From NCBI RefSeq assembly GCF_006345805.1, contig NW_021835234.1, forward strand, positions 1 through 41,928: DNA of 41,928 nt, read 5' to 3'. Below the pieces are notes generated by a model. The model was not told where the DNA came from. It did no database searches and saw only the letters and a list, made by a program, of their open reading frames with translations. A program made the translations under genes and the position numbers. Source of the stretch: Octopus sinensis (Eukaryota). Positions 10,527-22,735 of this stretch are shown piece by piece. How positions within the stretch are numbered: position 1 is the first letter of the stretch; each line of letters opens with the position of its first letter.

Positions 10527-10815
10527 ATCAGCATAGAAGAGTTGCTAGGGTCTGCCTGTTTTATATTCATCTGTTATTACCTGAATGATTATGATACCAA
10601 CAAAAGTCAAGTACATAGGTTTATACTTGGTTAGGTACTTCTCCTGGGGTTTCTAACCAGAAATATATCATGACTGGTGTTTCTTCCTGATACAAAACCA
10701 AATTGCATCTCATCTAGATTAAGTCTTTTCCTAATTAGTTGGGCTATGATCCTCTCCGTGATTTTCATCATCTGAAGAAATTAGTGCCAGTGCAAGCTCT
10801 TTATTTTTAAAGCAC
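10527..10815 (-). mobile_element. RTE-clade LINE, upstream RT part (continuation of 7738-8604)
   Basis: Minus-strand MKITERIIAQLIRKRLNLDEMQFGFVSGR...KYLTKYKPMYLTFV and KTGRP*QLFYAD, ending at the Gypsy LTR. May extend to ~11000. Confidence 0.82.
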
Positions 10816-11621
10816 ACATCAAGCATATGTTAACATATTAGCAATGAGAAAGCGCTCTAATCGATGTCTACCTATATACATACATATATACAGGGTAGCC
10901 ATGTACTTTCTCTTCAGCGACACACCTCTGCCTGTCTCTCTATCATACTACAGGTTAGGATGAAGCCACCTCTCTCACTACTAGCAGTCCACTCATCCTT
11001 GAAATTTACTTTTTAATTTTACTAGTGTCAGTGTTACCAAAACTTTTCTCAGACATAGAAACCATGTGAAAACAGACATTAGATGTACGTGTAGTAATTC
11101 ATCTCAGATAGTGTGAAATAGTCCAACCCATGACAACATGAAAACGAATGTTAAATGATGATGACACACACACGTTAATTGTATTTCTTATATTAATTTC
11201 AATAATTAATTTGTTTCTATTTATAAATAAAAACAATTGATTTTGCATGAGAATGATTAGTTTGATGACTTGTGGAAGTAATGTACTGTGTAAATGTAAG
11301 GACAACTGTATTTATTAAACAAGTGTATTTCATGATTCGACACATAGATAAAACTTGACTTTCAAGTGTTGGTTGATATTTTGCTTGTTGTTTGCATATC
11401 ATGCCTTGTATTATAGATCCCAAATGGCCAAAGGTAAGTGGTTTTTCTTATTTTGGTGTGGGTTTGCTGTTAGGATTGTTTTTCAGAGTTTAGTCTATAT
11501 TAGGGTCAGCTTGAGGATTTGTGAAGGGTTTTTAGAGAGAATAGTCAAGTAAGAGATCAAAGTTTGAACTAGGGGTTAGGATTTGGGGTGATGAGGAGGG
11601 TAGAGATTGAACAGGTTTATT

Positions 11622-12130
11622 TATAGTGTTGATGACTGTTTTATATCGGGTTTAGCATTGAAAAGCAGGGATGAGGGCTGGGTGCTTAGATAAGATGCGG
11701 ATGTCAAGTTGACCCAAGTTATCTCCATGGTGGTCTTTGGCATGTTGGTAGAGTATAGAAGATGTTTTCTGTCGTCAAGTTGTCTTAGATGTTCATTTAT
11801 CCGTTCCGCAATGCTCTTAGACGTCTCCTCTATGTACATCATGTTCATGTCCTTACAAGCACCTTCTATGCATCTTATATTGTAAACTACACTTCGAGTT
11901 CTACAGTTAATACCAGGGCTAATTCTACATGTCATGCAGTTATCAATTGTGCATATGGTATTATTAAACGGGCATGTCCTTCATAATTGTGACCTGATGG
12001 AGTTCCTTGGCTTTTCAACAATTTTAATGTTGAGTTTGGTCTCTTTCAGAGCTTTTCTAAATCTAAGGGCTAGTTCTCCATGGGCTGTGGTCTCTACTAA
12101 TATCACTCCTTGAATTTTTACTGGTGAGTG
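11622..12130 (-). pseudogene. Penelope-like retroelement C-terminus with GIY-YIG endonuclease, degenerate
   Basis: ILVETTAHGELALRF...KIVEKP..SIRSQL*RTCPF....C...C..C......CRTRSVVYNIRC...C......YIEETSKSIAERINEH, then after a frameshift SSILYQHAKDHHG. Confidence 0.88.
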
Positions 12131-12204
12131 TGTATTTAATAATAAGGCAGTAAAAGAGAAAGACTCTCCCCAGACACAACAGAATATACACTGTTTTCGC
12201 TAAT

Positions 12205-12588
12205 TACTCTTTCACTCACTTTTGCTACTTTCAGTTATTTGACTGTGGCCATGTTGGAGCACCGCCTTCAGTCAAACAAATAGAGCCCAGGACCTATTCT
12301 CTTTTGCTGAACCGTTCAGTTAGGGTGCGTGAAAACAGCAGCATCGTTTGTCAAGCGATGTTCGATGGATAAAGAGGCATACAAACGTATATGTATGTAT
12401 ATATATATATATATATATACCACATACGATGGGCTTCTTTTAGTTTCCGTCTACGAAATCTATTCACAGGCTTTGGTCACCCCGAGGCTATAGTTGAAGA
12501 CACTTGTCCAAAGTTCCATGCAGTGGGACTGAACCCAGAACACTGCGGTTCGTAAGCAAGGTACTTATCACAAAGCCGCTCCTACGCC
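12205..12588 (-). mobile_element. Full-length tRNA-derived SINE (head - core - (TA)n - tail)
   Basis: Minus strand starts GGCGTAGGAGCGGCTTTGTGATAAG, with B box GGTTCAGTCCC, core TTTGGACAAGTGTCTTC, central microsatellite and tail ...AAGGCGGTGCTCCAACATGGCCACAGTC. Confidence 0.9.
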
Positions 12589-12779
12589 TACAGTATATAT
12601 TATATATTATATATATATATATATTATATATATATATTATATATATATATTTATCTATTTATAAAACTGAAATGCAAAAAGTTTGTTTGTCTCGAACGGT
12701 TCAAAGGCCACTACATCCCGTCGGATTGATTCCAAAATTTACGGTTCGTGAGCAATCATTCTCACAGAAATGCGTGCAC

Positions 12780-13290
12780 AACCAGACACAGAATGTCACG
12801 GTTCAAAGGTCAACATGTTTAAAACATAAATAGCTACGAGTTTGCGTATATGCATGTATCTATGTGCATGAGTGCGAACGTGTGTTTTCAGAATGTCACA
12901 GTTTTAAGGTCAACATATTTAAAACATAAATAGGTACGAGATTGCGTCTTTGCATGTATCTATATTCGTGAGTGCGGACGTGTGGGTGTTTGTGCGTGTG
13001 TGAGCACAGTCCACCTATACCCAATCTGGTTGCATTGTCTTATAGGAACGAGCCGTGAAAGTTCCGGACCCCATTAATGAACTCATTTGCATACAAACAA
13101 TTAGGGCTCACTTTGAAATTGTCCGGTTAACAAACAGTAGTGTCTGAATGGGAATTAGCTTGCTTACCTAACAAATGTTCCCGAGTTCAATCCCACTGGG
13201 TGGCATGTTGAGCAAATGTCTTCTACTATAGTCTCGGGCCGACCAAAGCCTTGTGTGTGGATTTGGGAGACGGAAACTAAAAGAAGACTG

Positions 13291-13345
<55 letters not shown>

Positions 13346-14443
13346 GCAGTAAGAGTGGCTGTGGTATGTAGCTTGCTTTCCAAACACGGTGATTCTGGTT
13401 CAGTCCAACTACGTGGCCCCATGGGCAAGTGTCTTCCAATATAGCCTCGGACAGACCAACGTTTCTGAGTAGATTTGGTACACGGAAACAGAAAGTAGCC
13501 CGTCGTATATAGATAGGTGTGTATATATATATATATATATATAAATATATATATATGTATGTATATATAAATATATATATATGTATGTATATATATATAT
13601 GTATATGTATGTATATATATATATATAGGGAGAGAGAGAGAGACATAGGTATATATTGACAGATATATGTATATACATATAGATATTTAAACATATAAGG
13701 GATGGCCATAATGGGACCTCCGACTCGCTAGAGATAGCAGTTAAACTCCAAAAAAGCGTAAAAGTGCATGTCATGTCTGAATAATATATTGGAGAGTTAC
13801 TTCCCTCTCGCATTATAATATAATTATATGTAAGGAAAGTAACTCTGAAAGATGTTATCTAGTTGTCTCCCTTCCGAGAGTTAATTCTTTGCATGTTATT
13901 TTATTATCGTTAAATTATAATATTCAAGGGAAGTAACTGCAGAAGATACTGTGTAGTTATCTCCCTTAAGAACGTAGTTATCGTAATATACACTTTGTCG
14001 CTCTTAGACTCTTTCAGTTATTTCACTGTGACCCATGGTGGAGCCCCGCCTTTAGTCAAGCAAATCAACCCCAGGAATTATTCTTTGTATGCCTATTACT
14101 TAATGTATAGGTCTCTTTTGCAGAACCGATAAGTTACGGGGACGTAATGTTCGATATACTGATTTAGTAGGTATTTATTTATTGTAAGAATTTCAATTAT
14201 CATAAATTATGGGCTAGGAAAGATATTAGAAACTTTTTTGATATACCTATTGGGGCTCTTTGTGTGTGTGGGACTGTTTTTATTTATGTGAATGTGTATA
14301 TTTTCAACTCAGTGTTTGTGTGTGTGTGTGTGTGTGTGAGAGTGTTTTTATTTCTGTGTCTTCGAATATAGCCTCGGACAGACCAACATTTCTGAGTAGA
14401 TTTGGTACACGGAAACAGAAAGTAGCTCGTGGTATATAGATAG

Positions 14444-14495
<52 letters not shown>

Positions 14496-14739
14496 CATAC
14501 ATACTAAGTAATTAAGGGTTTAGCAATGATTTGCCTCACCACACACCGAGTTTAGAAATAGCAGTCAAAGAGTTATAGCTATTCTTTCTACTAAAAGGGA
14601 GATCTCAGTAAAACCACAGCACTTAAAGGCTCGAATGGGGCTTTTACATGCCAAAATCTACTTGGTGAAGTTAATGATTATTCCAAATTAATTAATTTCA
14701 CCCTATATTATTACTGATAACTATATATATATATATAAT

Positions 14740-14770
<31 letters not shown>

Positions 14771-16110
14771 GAGAGAGAGAGAGAGAGAGAGACATAGGTA
14801 TATATTGACAGATATATGTATATACATATGTCGCTCTTATACTCTTTCAGTTATTTCAATGTGGCGATAGTGGATCACCGCCTTTAGTCAAGCAAATCAA
14901 CCCCAGGAATTATTCTTTGTATGCCTATTACTTAACGTATAGGTCTCTTTTGCAGAACCGATATGTTCGATGTACTGATTAAGGAGGTATTTATTTATTG
15001 TAAGAACTTCAATTATCATAAATTATGGGCTAGGAAAAATACTAGAAACTTTTTTGAAATACCTATTGGGGCTCCTTATGTGTGTGGGACTGTTTTTATT
15101 TATGTAGCAACTCTGGAAGATGTTATCTAGTTATCTCCCTTCCGAGAGTTAATTTCGTTAAATATTATTTTATTATTGTTGAATCATAAAATTCAAGGGA
15201 AGTAACTGTAGAAGATACTTTGTAGTTATCTCCCTTAAGTATGTAGTTATCGTAATATACACTTTGTCGCTGTTAGACTCTCAGTTATTTCACTGTGACC
15301 GTGGTGGAGCACCGCCTTTAGTCAAGCAATTCAACCACATGAATTATTCTTTGTATGCCTATTTCTTACAGTATAGGTCTCTTTTGCAGAACCGATAAGT
15401 TACGGGGACGTAATGTTCGATGTACTGATTTAGTAGGTATTTATTTATTGTAAGAACTTCAATTATGGGCTATGAAAGATACTAGAAACTTTTTTGATAG
15501 ACCTATTGGGACTGTTTTTATTTATGTGAGTATGGGTATTTTCATTTCAGTCTTTGTGTTTGTGTGAATGTTTTTATTTCTGTGTGTACGTGTGTGTGAG
15601 CGACTGTGTTTTATTCGTTTGTGTGTGTGCGACAATTACAGCTACAACAAACACTTTAAGCATCTCTAAGATACCCACATTTGCAGATCACTAACTGCTA
15701 AATGAAAATAAGTTCAATTTATTGCGACTTCAGATTTGCGATTGTTAAGCACCCAATGCTCCCTGTATCTACATACTTGGATCGGCCATAATTGGCCTCA
15801 TTCGGAGATCTCTCGGGTGTGGAATATTTATGACTATAGAAGTGAACCTGTTACAGGTTTTGTTTATGGCTTAACTTTTGTAGATTTTGGGAAGTCCATA
15901 GATGTTACTGGCTTTGCAGTCAAATCTAGTCAAGCAATTTGTCTCCTTTTTTGTTAAATCGTTTTGGAAATGGTGGATACGAGTAGACAGTTTGGTTATT
16001 CTTAGCGGTTCGGCAAAAGAGAATAAGTTAGAATAAATACTAGGTTTACAAAGAATAAGTGCTGCGGACGATGTGCTCGACTAAAGGCGGCGCTCCAGTT
16101 GTTTCCCTTT
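12780..16110 (+). repeat. Rearranged duplicon copy with internal re-duplications
   Basis: Starts with a ~100-bp tandem duplication (12790/12890, mirrored at 28030/28130), then octamer block 13072, SINE heads 13156-13293 and 13343-13508, and three SINE-tail blocks. Confidence 0.85.
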
Positions 16111-16214
16111 CATAGAGAAACCTTGCATCTGTATGTCCGATGGTTCGTGCGTGCATGGTCGTGTGCCATTCGAGTGCGAACACAGACAGACACACACACA
16201 CACACATATATATA

Positions 16215-16545
16215 AACATATATACGACGGGATTCTTTCAGTTTCCTTTCACCAAATCCAATCACAAGGATTTGGTCGACCCGGGGCTACTTTAGAAGAC
16301 AATTGGACAAGATGCGAGGCAGTGTGAATGAAACTGAAACCATGTGGTTCGTAAGCAAACTACTTACCACATAGCCATTCGTGCGCCGATTTTCATATAT
16401 ACGACGGGCTTCTTTCAGTTTCCCTCTACCAACCCTACTCAGAATACATTGGTCGGCCCGGGGGTATAGTTGAATACACTTGCCGAAGGTGCCACGCTGT
16501 TGGATTGAATCCAGCACATTGAGGTTGGTGAGCAAACACTCTCAC
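16215..16545 (-). mobile_element. Two tandem SINE 5' halves
   Basis: Twice TTTCAGTTTCC...CCAA..C.ACTCA...TTTGGTCG.CCCGGGG.TA.., each followed by a reverse B-box region. Confidence 0.75.
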
Positions 16546-16989
16546 ACAATCGCGCGCGCAAATAGACACAGAGATGAAAGCACACATATTGGCTGACCCA
16601 CACACTCATGCAATTTCTTGGGAGTGTCACGGTTTTAAGGTCAACATATTTCAAACATAAAATAGCTTTGCATGTATCTATGTGCATGAGTGCGGAAGTG
16701 TGGGTTTTTGTGCGTGTGTGAGCACAGACCACACATACCCAAGGTGGTCGCATCGGCTAATGTGACACAACCGCGAAAGTCTGTTTCACCCAGACATGCA
16801 CATACAGATATACGTGTATATACCCACGCATGTATATGTAGTGTTTAAAACAAAAAAGAAACTGTAAGGGATGGAACGGGAGTTCTTTCCATTTTATTAA
16901 GAAAACTTGCATCTGTATGTGTGATAGTACGTGCGTGCATTCTCGTGTGCCCTTCGAGTGCGAACAACACACACACACACACATTTAAA

Positions 16990-17300
16990 CATATATACGA
17001 TGGGATACTTTCAGTTTCCTTCCACTAAATCCAATCACAAGGATTAGGTCGGCCCTGGGGTACAGTAGTAGACAATTGCATAAGATGACAGGCAGTGGGA
17101 GTGAACACCAAACCATGTACAACATAGCCATTCCTACGCCGGTAATCGTATATACGACGGGCTTCTTTCAGTTTCCCTCTACCAACTCCACTCAGAATAC
17201 TTTGGTCGGCCCAAGGCTATAGTTGAATACACTTATCGAAGGTGCAACGCTGTTGGTTTAAACTCAGCGCATTGCGGTTCGTGAGCAATCATTCTCACAG
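16990..17300 (-). mobile_element. Two tandem SINE 5' halves
   Basis: Reverse-complement core and head motifs occur twice. Paralog at ~27755-28010. Confidence 0.75.
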
Positions 17301-17605
17301 AAATGCGCGCGCAAATAGACACAGAACGTCATGGTTTTAATGTCAACATGTTTAAAACATAAATATCTACGAGTGTGTGAGCACAGTCCACCCATACCCA
17401 AGTTTGTTGCATTGTCTTATGGGACCCAGCCGCGAAAGTTCCGGACCCCATTAATGAACTCATTTGCATACAAACAATTAGGGCTCACCTTGAACTTGTC
17501 CAGTTAACAAACAGTAGTGTCTGAATGGGAATTAGCTTGCTTACCTACAAATGTTTTCGAGTTCTGTCCCACTGGGTGGCACGTTGGGCAAATGTCTTCT
17601 ACTAG

Positions 17606-17649
17606 CATATAGACTCGAGGCGATAATAACTATGTCTCGAGTCTATATG
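17606..17649. other. Perfect 14-bp inverted repeat (hairpin) at a SINE truncation
   Basis: CATATAGACTCGAG (17606-17619) / CTCGAGTCTATATG (17636-17649). Confidence 0.95.
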
Positions 17650-17714
17650 ATATAAATATTCCAAATCCACCACTCTCGCGTGGTTTTCTCCCAGTAAATA
17701 TAAACTAGATAGAT

Positions 17715-17900
17715 ATTTATATATATGTTTCTGTGTCCCCAAAACCGCTTGACAACCGATGCTGGTATTTTTTCACTCTAGTAACTTCGGGAAAAGACGA
17801 TCAATAAATAAATTCTAGACTGTCATAGAGTTAGTCCTAGTGTCGATTTGCTCTAGAAAATGCTGTGCTCCAGCATGGGCACAGTAAAATGACTAAACAA
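17715..17900 (+). mobile_element. SINE 3' half
   Basis: CCGCTTGACAACCGATGCTGGT...GTCGATTTGCTC...GTGCTCCAGCATGGGCACAGT. Paralogs at ~22195-22390 and ~31565-31760. Confidence 0.8.
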
Positions 17901-19824
17901 GGAAAAGCGTAAAAGTGTGTGTGTCACGTCTGCATAATATATTCTAGAGCTACTTCCCTAGGAAATTATAATTTAACAAAAGTAAAATAATTATATGTAA
18001 GGAAAGTAACTCTGGAAGATGTTATCTAGTTATCTCCCTTCCGAGTGTTAAATTCCTAGCATTTTATTTTATTATTGTTAAATTTTAATATTTAAGGGAA
18101 GGTAACTGTAGAAGATACTCTGTAGTTATCTCCCTAAAGTATGTAGTTATCGTAATATAGACTTTGTCGCTCTTTGACTCTTTCAGTTATTTCACTGTGA
18201 CCATGGTGGAGCACCGCCTTTAGTCAAGCAAATCAACCCCAGCAATTATTCTTTGTATGCCTATTACTTAACGTATAGGTCTCTTTTGCAGAACCGCTAA
18301 GTTACGGGGATGTAATGTTCGATGTACTGATTTAGTAGGTATTTATTTACTGTAAGAACTTCAATTATCATAAATTAGGGGCTAGGAAAAATACTAGAAA
18401 CTTTTTTGATATACTTATTGGGGCTCCTTGTGTGTGTGGGACTGTTTTTGTTTATGTGAGTGTGGGTATTTTCATTTCAGTGTTTGTGTGTGTGTGTGTG
18501 TGTGAGAGAGTGCTTTTTTTTCTGTGTGCGCGAGTGTGTGAGCGACTGAGTGTTTCTATTTGTTTGTGTGTGTGCGACACTTACAAATGCAGCAAGCACT
18601 TTGACCATTTCTAAGATACCCACATTTGAGATCACTAACTACTAAATCAAAATAAGTTCAATTTATTGCACCTTTAGTGACTTGAGATGTTGCTCATATT
18701 TTTCCCATGTGTCGACAATGTATTAAGTTCACAAGTGGATAAAAGAAATTCTCATGCTCGCGTGGAGGGGGCTGATATTCTAACTGCGAGTTCAAAGCAC
18801 CCAATGCCACTTTACATTCTGAATAAATTGTATGTTTGTGCTAGTTAGGGTTAGGGTTTTATGTGTGAGTGTGTAACTGCGTTTTCATTTCTGTGTGTGG
18901 GTGCGTATGTTTGTGTGTGTGTGTGTGTGTTTGTGCGTATGTTAGTGTGTGAGAGTTTGGATGTGTTACTGTATTTTTCATTTCTATTGTGTGTGTCTGT
19001 GTTTGTGCATGTGTAGGTATGTAACTGTTTTCATTTCTGTGTTTGTCCGCGTGTTTGAGTGTGTGAATATGTAGCCGTGTATTTTCATTTGTGTGTTTGT
19101 CTTTGTGCGTATGTGAGTGTTTTTGTGAGATTCTTTTTCAGTGTTTGTGTGCGTGGGACATTTTATATGTGTGTGTGTTTTGCTATTTTCATTTCAGTGT
19201 TTGTGTTTGTGAATGTTTTTTATTTTGTGTGTACGTTGTGTGAGCGACTGTGTTTTTATTCCTTTGTGTGTGTGTGCGACAATTACAGCTACAACAAACA
19301 CTTTAAGCATCTCCAAGATACCCACATTTGCAGATCCCTAAGTTCTAAATGAAAAGAAGTTAAATTTATTGCACCTTTAGTGACTTCAGATTTGCGAGTG
19401 TTAAGCACGCAATGCCTCCCGTATCTACATACCTGGATTGGCCATAATTGGCCTCATTCGGAGATATCTCGGGTGTGGAATATTTATAACTATAGAAGTT
19501 AACTTGTTACAGGTTTTGTTTATGGCTTAACTTTTGTAGATTTTGGGAAGTTCATAGATCTTAGTGGCTTTGCAGTGAAATCTAATCAAGCAATTTGTCT
19601 CCTTTTTTGTTAAATCGTGTTGGAACTGGTGGATAAGAGTAGACAGTTTTGTTATTACCTTCGAACGACTGTAGCTGTTGATGTTTTTACTGATACAGGT
19701 GTGTTTACTCCCTGTATTTTAGCGGTTCGGCAAAAGAGAACAAGTTAGAATAAATACTAGGCTTACAAAGAAGTGCTGCGGACGATGTGATCGACTAAAG
19801 GCGGCGCTCCAGTATTTTATTTAT

Positions 19825-19862
<38 letters not shown>

Positions 19863-20262
19863 TACAGATATACGCATATATACAAAGAAAACAAAAACAA
19901 AAAGAAACTTGATTATGTCATTATTACTTTATTACAGATATTACACATGAAACGTATTATATGAAATTATGGGGACGTAGACAGACTAGCGTCCGTTGTG
20001 TAGCATTGTTTGGGGACAAACAGACATACGCACACACACGTACACATATATATAAACATATATTGACTGCATTTTTCCAGTTTCCTTCCCCATATCCAAT
20101 CACAAGGCTTTGGTCGGCTCGGGGCTATAGTAGATTTTTCAAACGATGCTGGTGTGTTTCCTCCCTGTATTTCAGCGGCTCGGCAGAAAAGAATAAGTTA
20201 GAATGAATACTAGGCTTAGAAAGAATAAGTGCTGCTGACGATGTGCTCGAAGAAGATAGATT

Positions 20263-20320
<58 letters not shown>

Positions 20321-20340
20321 AGATATATCAGATATATATA

Positions 20341-22131
20341 AACTTAGATGTGTTTTCGACCAAAGATTGGTCCAGGCTATGTCTAACTTAATAGCACCAT
20401 TTAATAGGATTTTCGAATCCTGTTTAAGTCGAGGTTTGTTCAAGTAGTGAGTTCTTGTTGGGTGAGTTGTATCCAGTTTTTGTTCAAGTAGTGAGTTCTT
20501 GTTGGGTGAGTTGTATCCTATTATGGGTGGCTTATCTGGTATTCTTTGAAGGAATCTATCCAGACTCTGTTTGAAGTTGATGGGATCCTTTTCCTCTTTG
20601 ATCTCTCTTGAGACAATGTTAAATAGGGCAGGGCCTGTTGAGGAAAAGAAATTATGTTGCAGTGTACATGTATGTTGTCATCTTGAATTGGGCAGGGGAC
20701 GTATAGCTCGTGGTCCAAGTCTTGGATGAACCTTGAAGCTAATGTTTAGGTCGTTTGGGCATAGTTGGCGGTATATTTTCCACATCGTACAAATGATGTA
20801 CCGCTCACGGCGACGCTGGAGGGAGTAAAGTTTCAAGGCTTTACGGCGATCCCAATAATCGAGAGCAGCCATGCCTTCAATTCGTTTAGTGAGAGACCTC
20901 TGGGGTGACTCAATTCTGGAGATGTTTTGTCTTGTGTGAGACCACAGTGGGCAGCAGTATTCAAGGTGTGGCCGTACAAAGGAGGAAAAAAGTGGTTTGA
21001 TGACACCTTGTTCTCTGGACCGGAAAGTTCTTAAGATCCAGGAACTCATCCTACGAGCTATATCGACCTTCTTGTTGTGCACTCCAACTGAGATCGTCAT
21101 CAACAATTACACCCAGGTCTCTGATATTGTTAGAGGCTGTGAGCGGTTCCCCTGAAGGAAGAGAGTATGGCTGTTTTAGTGAGGAGTTTCTTCCAAAATG
21201 CATCAGCTCAAATTTTCCCTCGTTCAGTTGCATTTTGTTTCTGTCTGCCCATTGACTCACAGCATATAGATCAGACTGGAGTTGAGTTCGGTCTGCTTTT
21301 TCAATGACGATTTGCTGGAGCTTGGTGTCATCAGCAAATATTTTCACTTTGCAGTAATGTACGACACTGGAAAGGTCGTTTATGTAGATTATGAAGAGTA
21401 GCGGACCCAAGACAGTCCCCTGGGGGACACCGCTGGTGACTTTTGCTGGGCTTGAGTGGACTCCATCAACTACAACATGTGTTTTATTCGCCAGGAAATA
21501 CTTGATCCAGTGTAGAACTTTTCCACGGATTCCAACATTTGCCAATTTTGAGAGTAGGATATTATGGTCTACCCTGTCGAACGCTTTACTGAAGTCAAGA
21601 TATATGACATCAGAGTTCGAACCTGTTCCCAAGGCTTTGAGTACATCTTCAATGTGGTGTAAGAGCTGTGTTAGACAGTCCCTGCCTCACCGAAAGCCAT
21701 GCTGATTTGCATTTAGGAGTTTCTGGGTCTCCAGGAAGTCAGCCATCCTTGATCTTAACACTCTTTCAAACACTTTGATGATGTGGGAGGTGAGTGAGAT
21801 TGGGCGATAGTTGAGTGCGAGGGATCTGTTTCCCTGTTTGAAAACCGGGATGACTGACTGGGATAGAAACTGTTTTGGTATATAACCTGCATCTAACGAA
21901 TTTCTCCAGAGGTTGGTCAGTGGGACTGCAAGTTGGTGTTTACATTCCTTCAGGAGACTAGCAGGGAATCTATCAGGGCCTACAGCAGAGTAGTATTTGA
22001 CCTCATTTATTGCTGCTACGATGTCAGTGGGAGTGAAGGTTATGTCTGCAATTTTGTGTTGGAGTCATCTTCGTTCGCTTCTCTTACGTCAATATCAGTG
22101 GGAACACTAAAGACAGCAGTATTTTTTCTGC
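20341..22131 (-). mobile_element. 5'-truncated CR1/L2-group LINE (RT pseudogene)
   Basis: IPVFKQG...NYRPISLTSHIIKVFERV, NQHGFR*GRDC, IYLDFSKAFDRVDH, SGVPQGTVLGPLLF, FADDTK, VRPHLEYCCPLW, LYSLQRRRER. In-frame TGA at 21687-21689 plus frameshifts. Confidence 0.95.
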
Positions 22132-22419
22132 AATATATATATATAGAGAAACATGTATATACATATAGATATTTATATATGTATATGTGTGTATGTTTCG
22201 GTGTCTCCAAATCGCTTGACAACCAATGCCGATGTTCTTCACACACCTTAACTTATCCGTTCGGGAAAAGAAGACAACAGAATTAATACTAGACTGACGT
22301 AAATAAAAGTCCTAGTGTCGATTTGCTCTGGAAAAGGCTGTGCTCCAGCATTGGCACAGTGAAATGACTAAACACGGAAAAGAGTAAAGTGTATGCGTTA
22401 CGTCTGAATATTATATTGT

Positions 22420-22735
22420 AGAGTTAATTAGCTTCCATAATACATTTTGATAATAGTCGTAACGTAATTAAATGTAAGGGAGGTAACTTTTGAATATTTT
22501 TGAGTTATCTCCCATCTAGAGTTACTCCCCTTGCATATTATTAATTATTAAATTATAATATGCATGGTAAGTCACTCTACGAAGGAAGATAACTATAAAA
22601 TCTTTCAGAGTTACTTCCCTTAAATCTAATTAAATTACTATTACGTATTATTAAATTATGCTATTCAAGGGAAGTAACTCTAGAAAGGGAAACAGGTACA
22701 AAATTATGCAGAGTTACTTCACTTACATGTAATTA
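22420..22735. repeat. Palindromic GGGAAGTAACT cluster
   Basis: Perfect 15-bp IR AGAGTTACTTCCCTT (22607-22621) / AAGGGAAGTAACTCT (22667-22681) around an AT-rich spacer. Confidence 0.85.

Noticed and set aside
11320-11380. Possible degenerate hammerhead downstream of the Penelope fragment (CTTGAAAG...GTCGAATC on the minus strand)
   Set aside because: Core and stems are too decayed to support a fold.
19390-19640. Possible NUMT or coding origin of the non-SINE duplicon modules
   Set aside because: No recognisable mitochondrial gene, rRNA or protein motif. A BLAST search would be needed.
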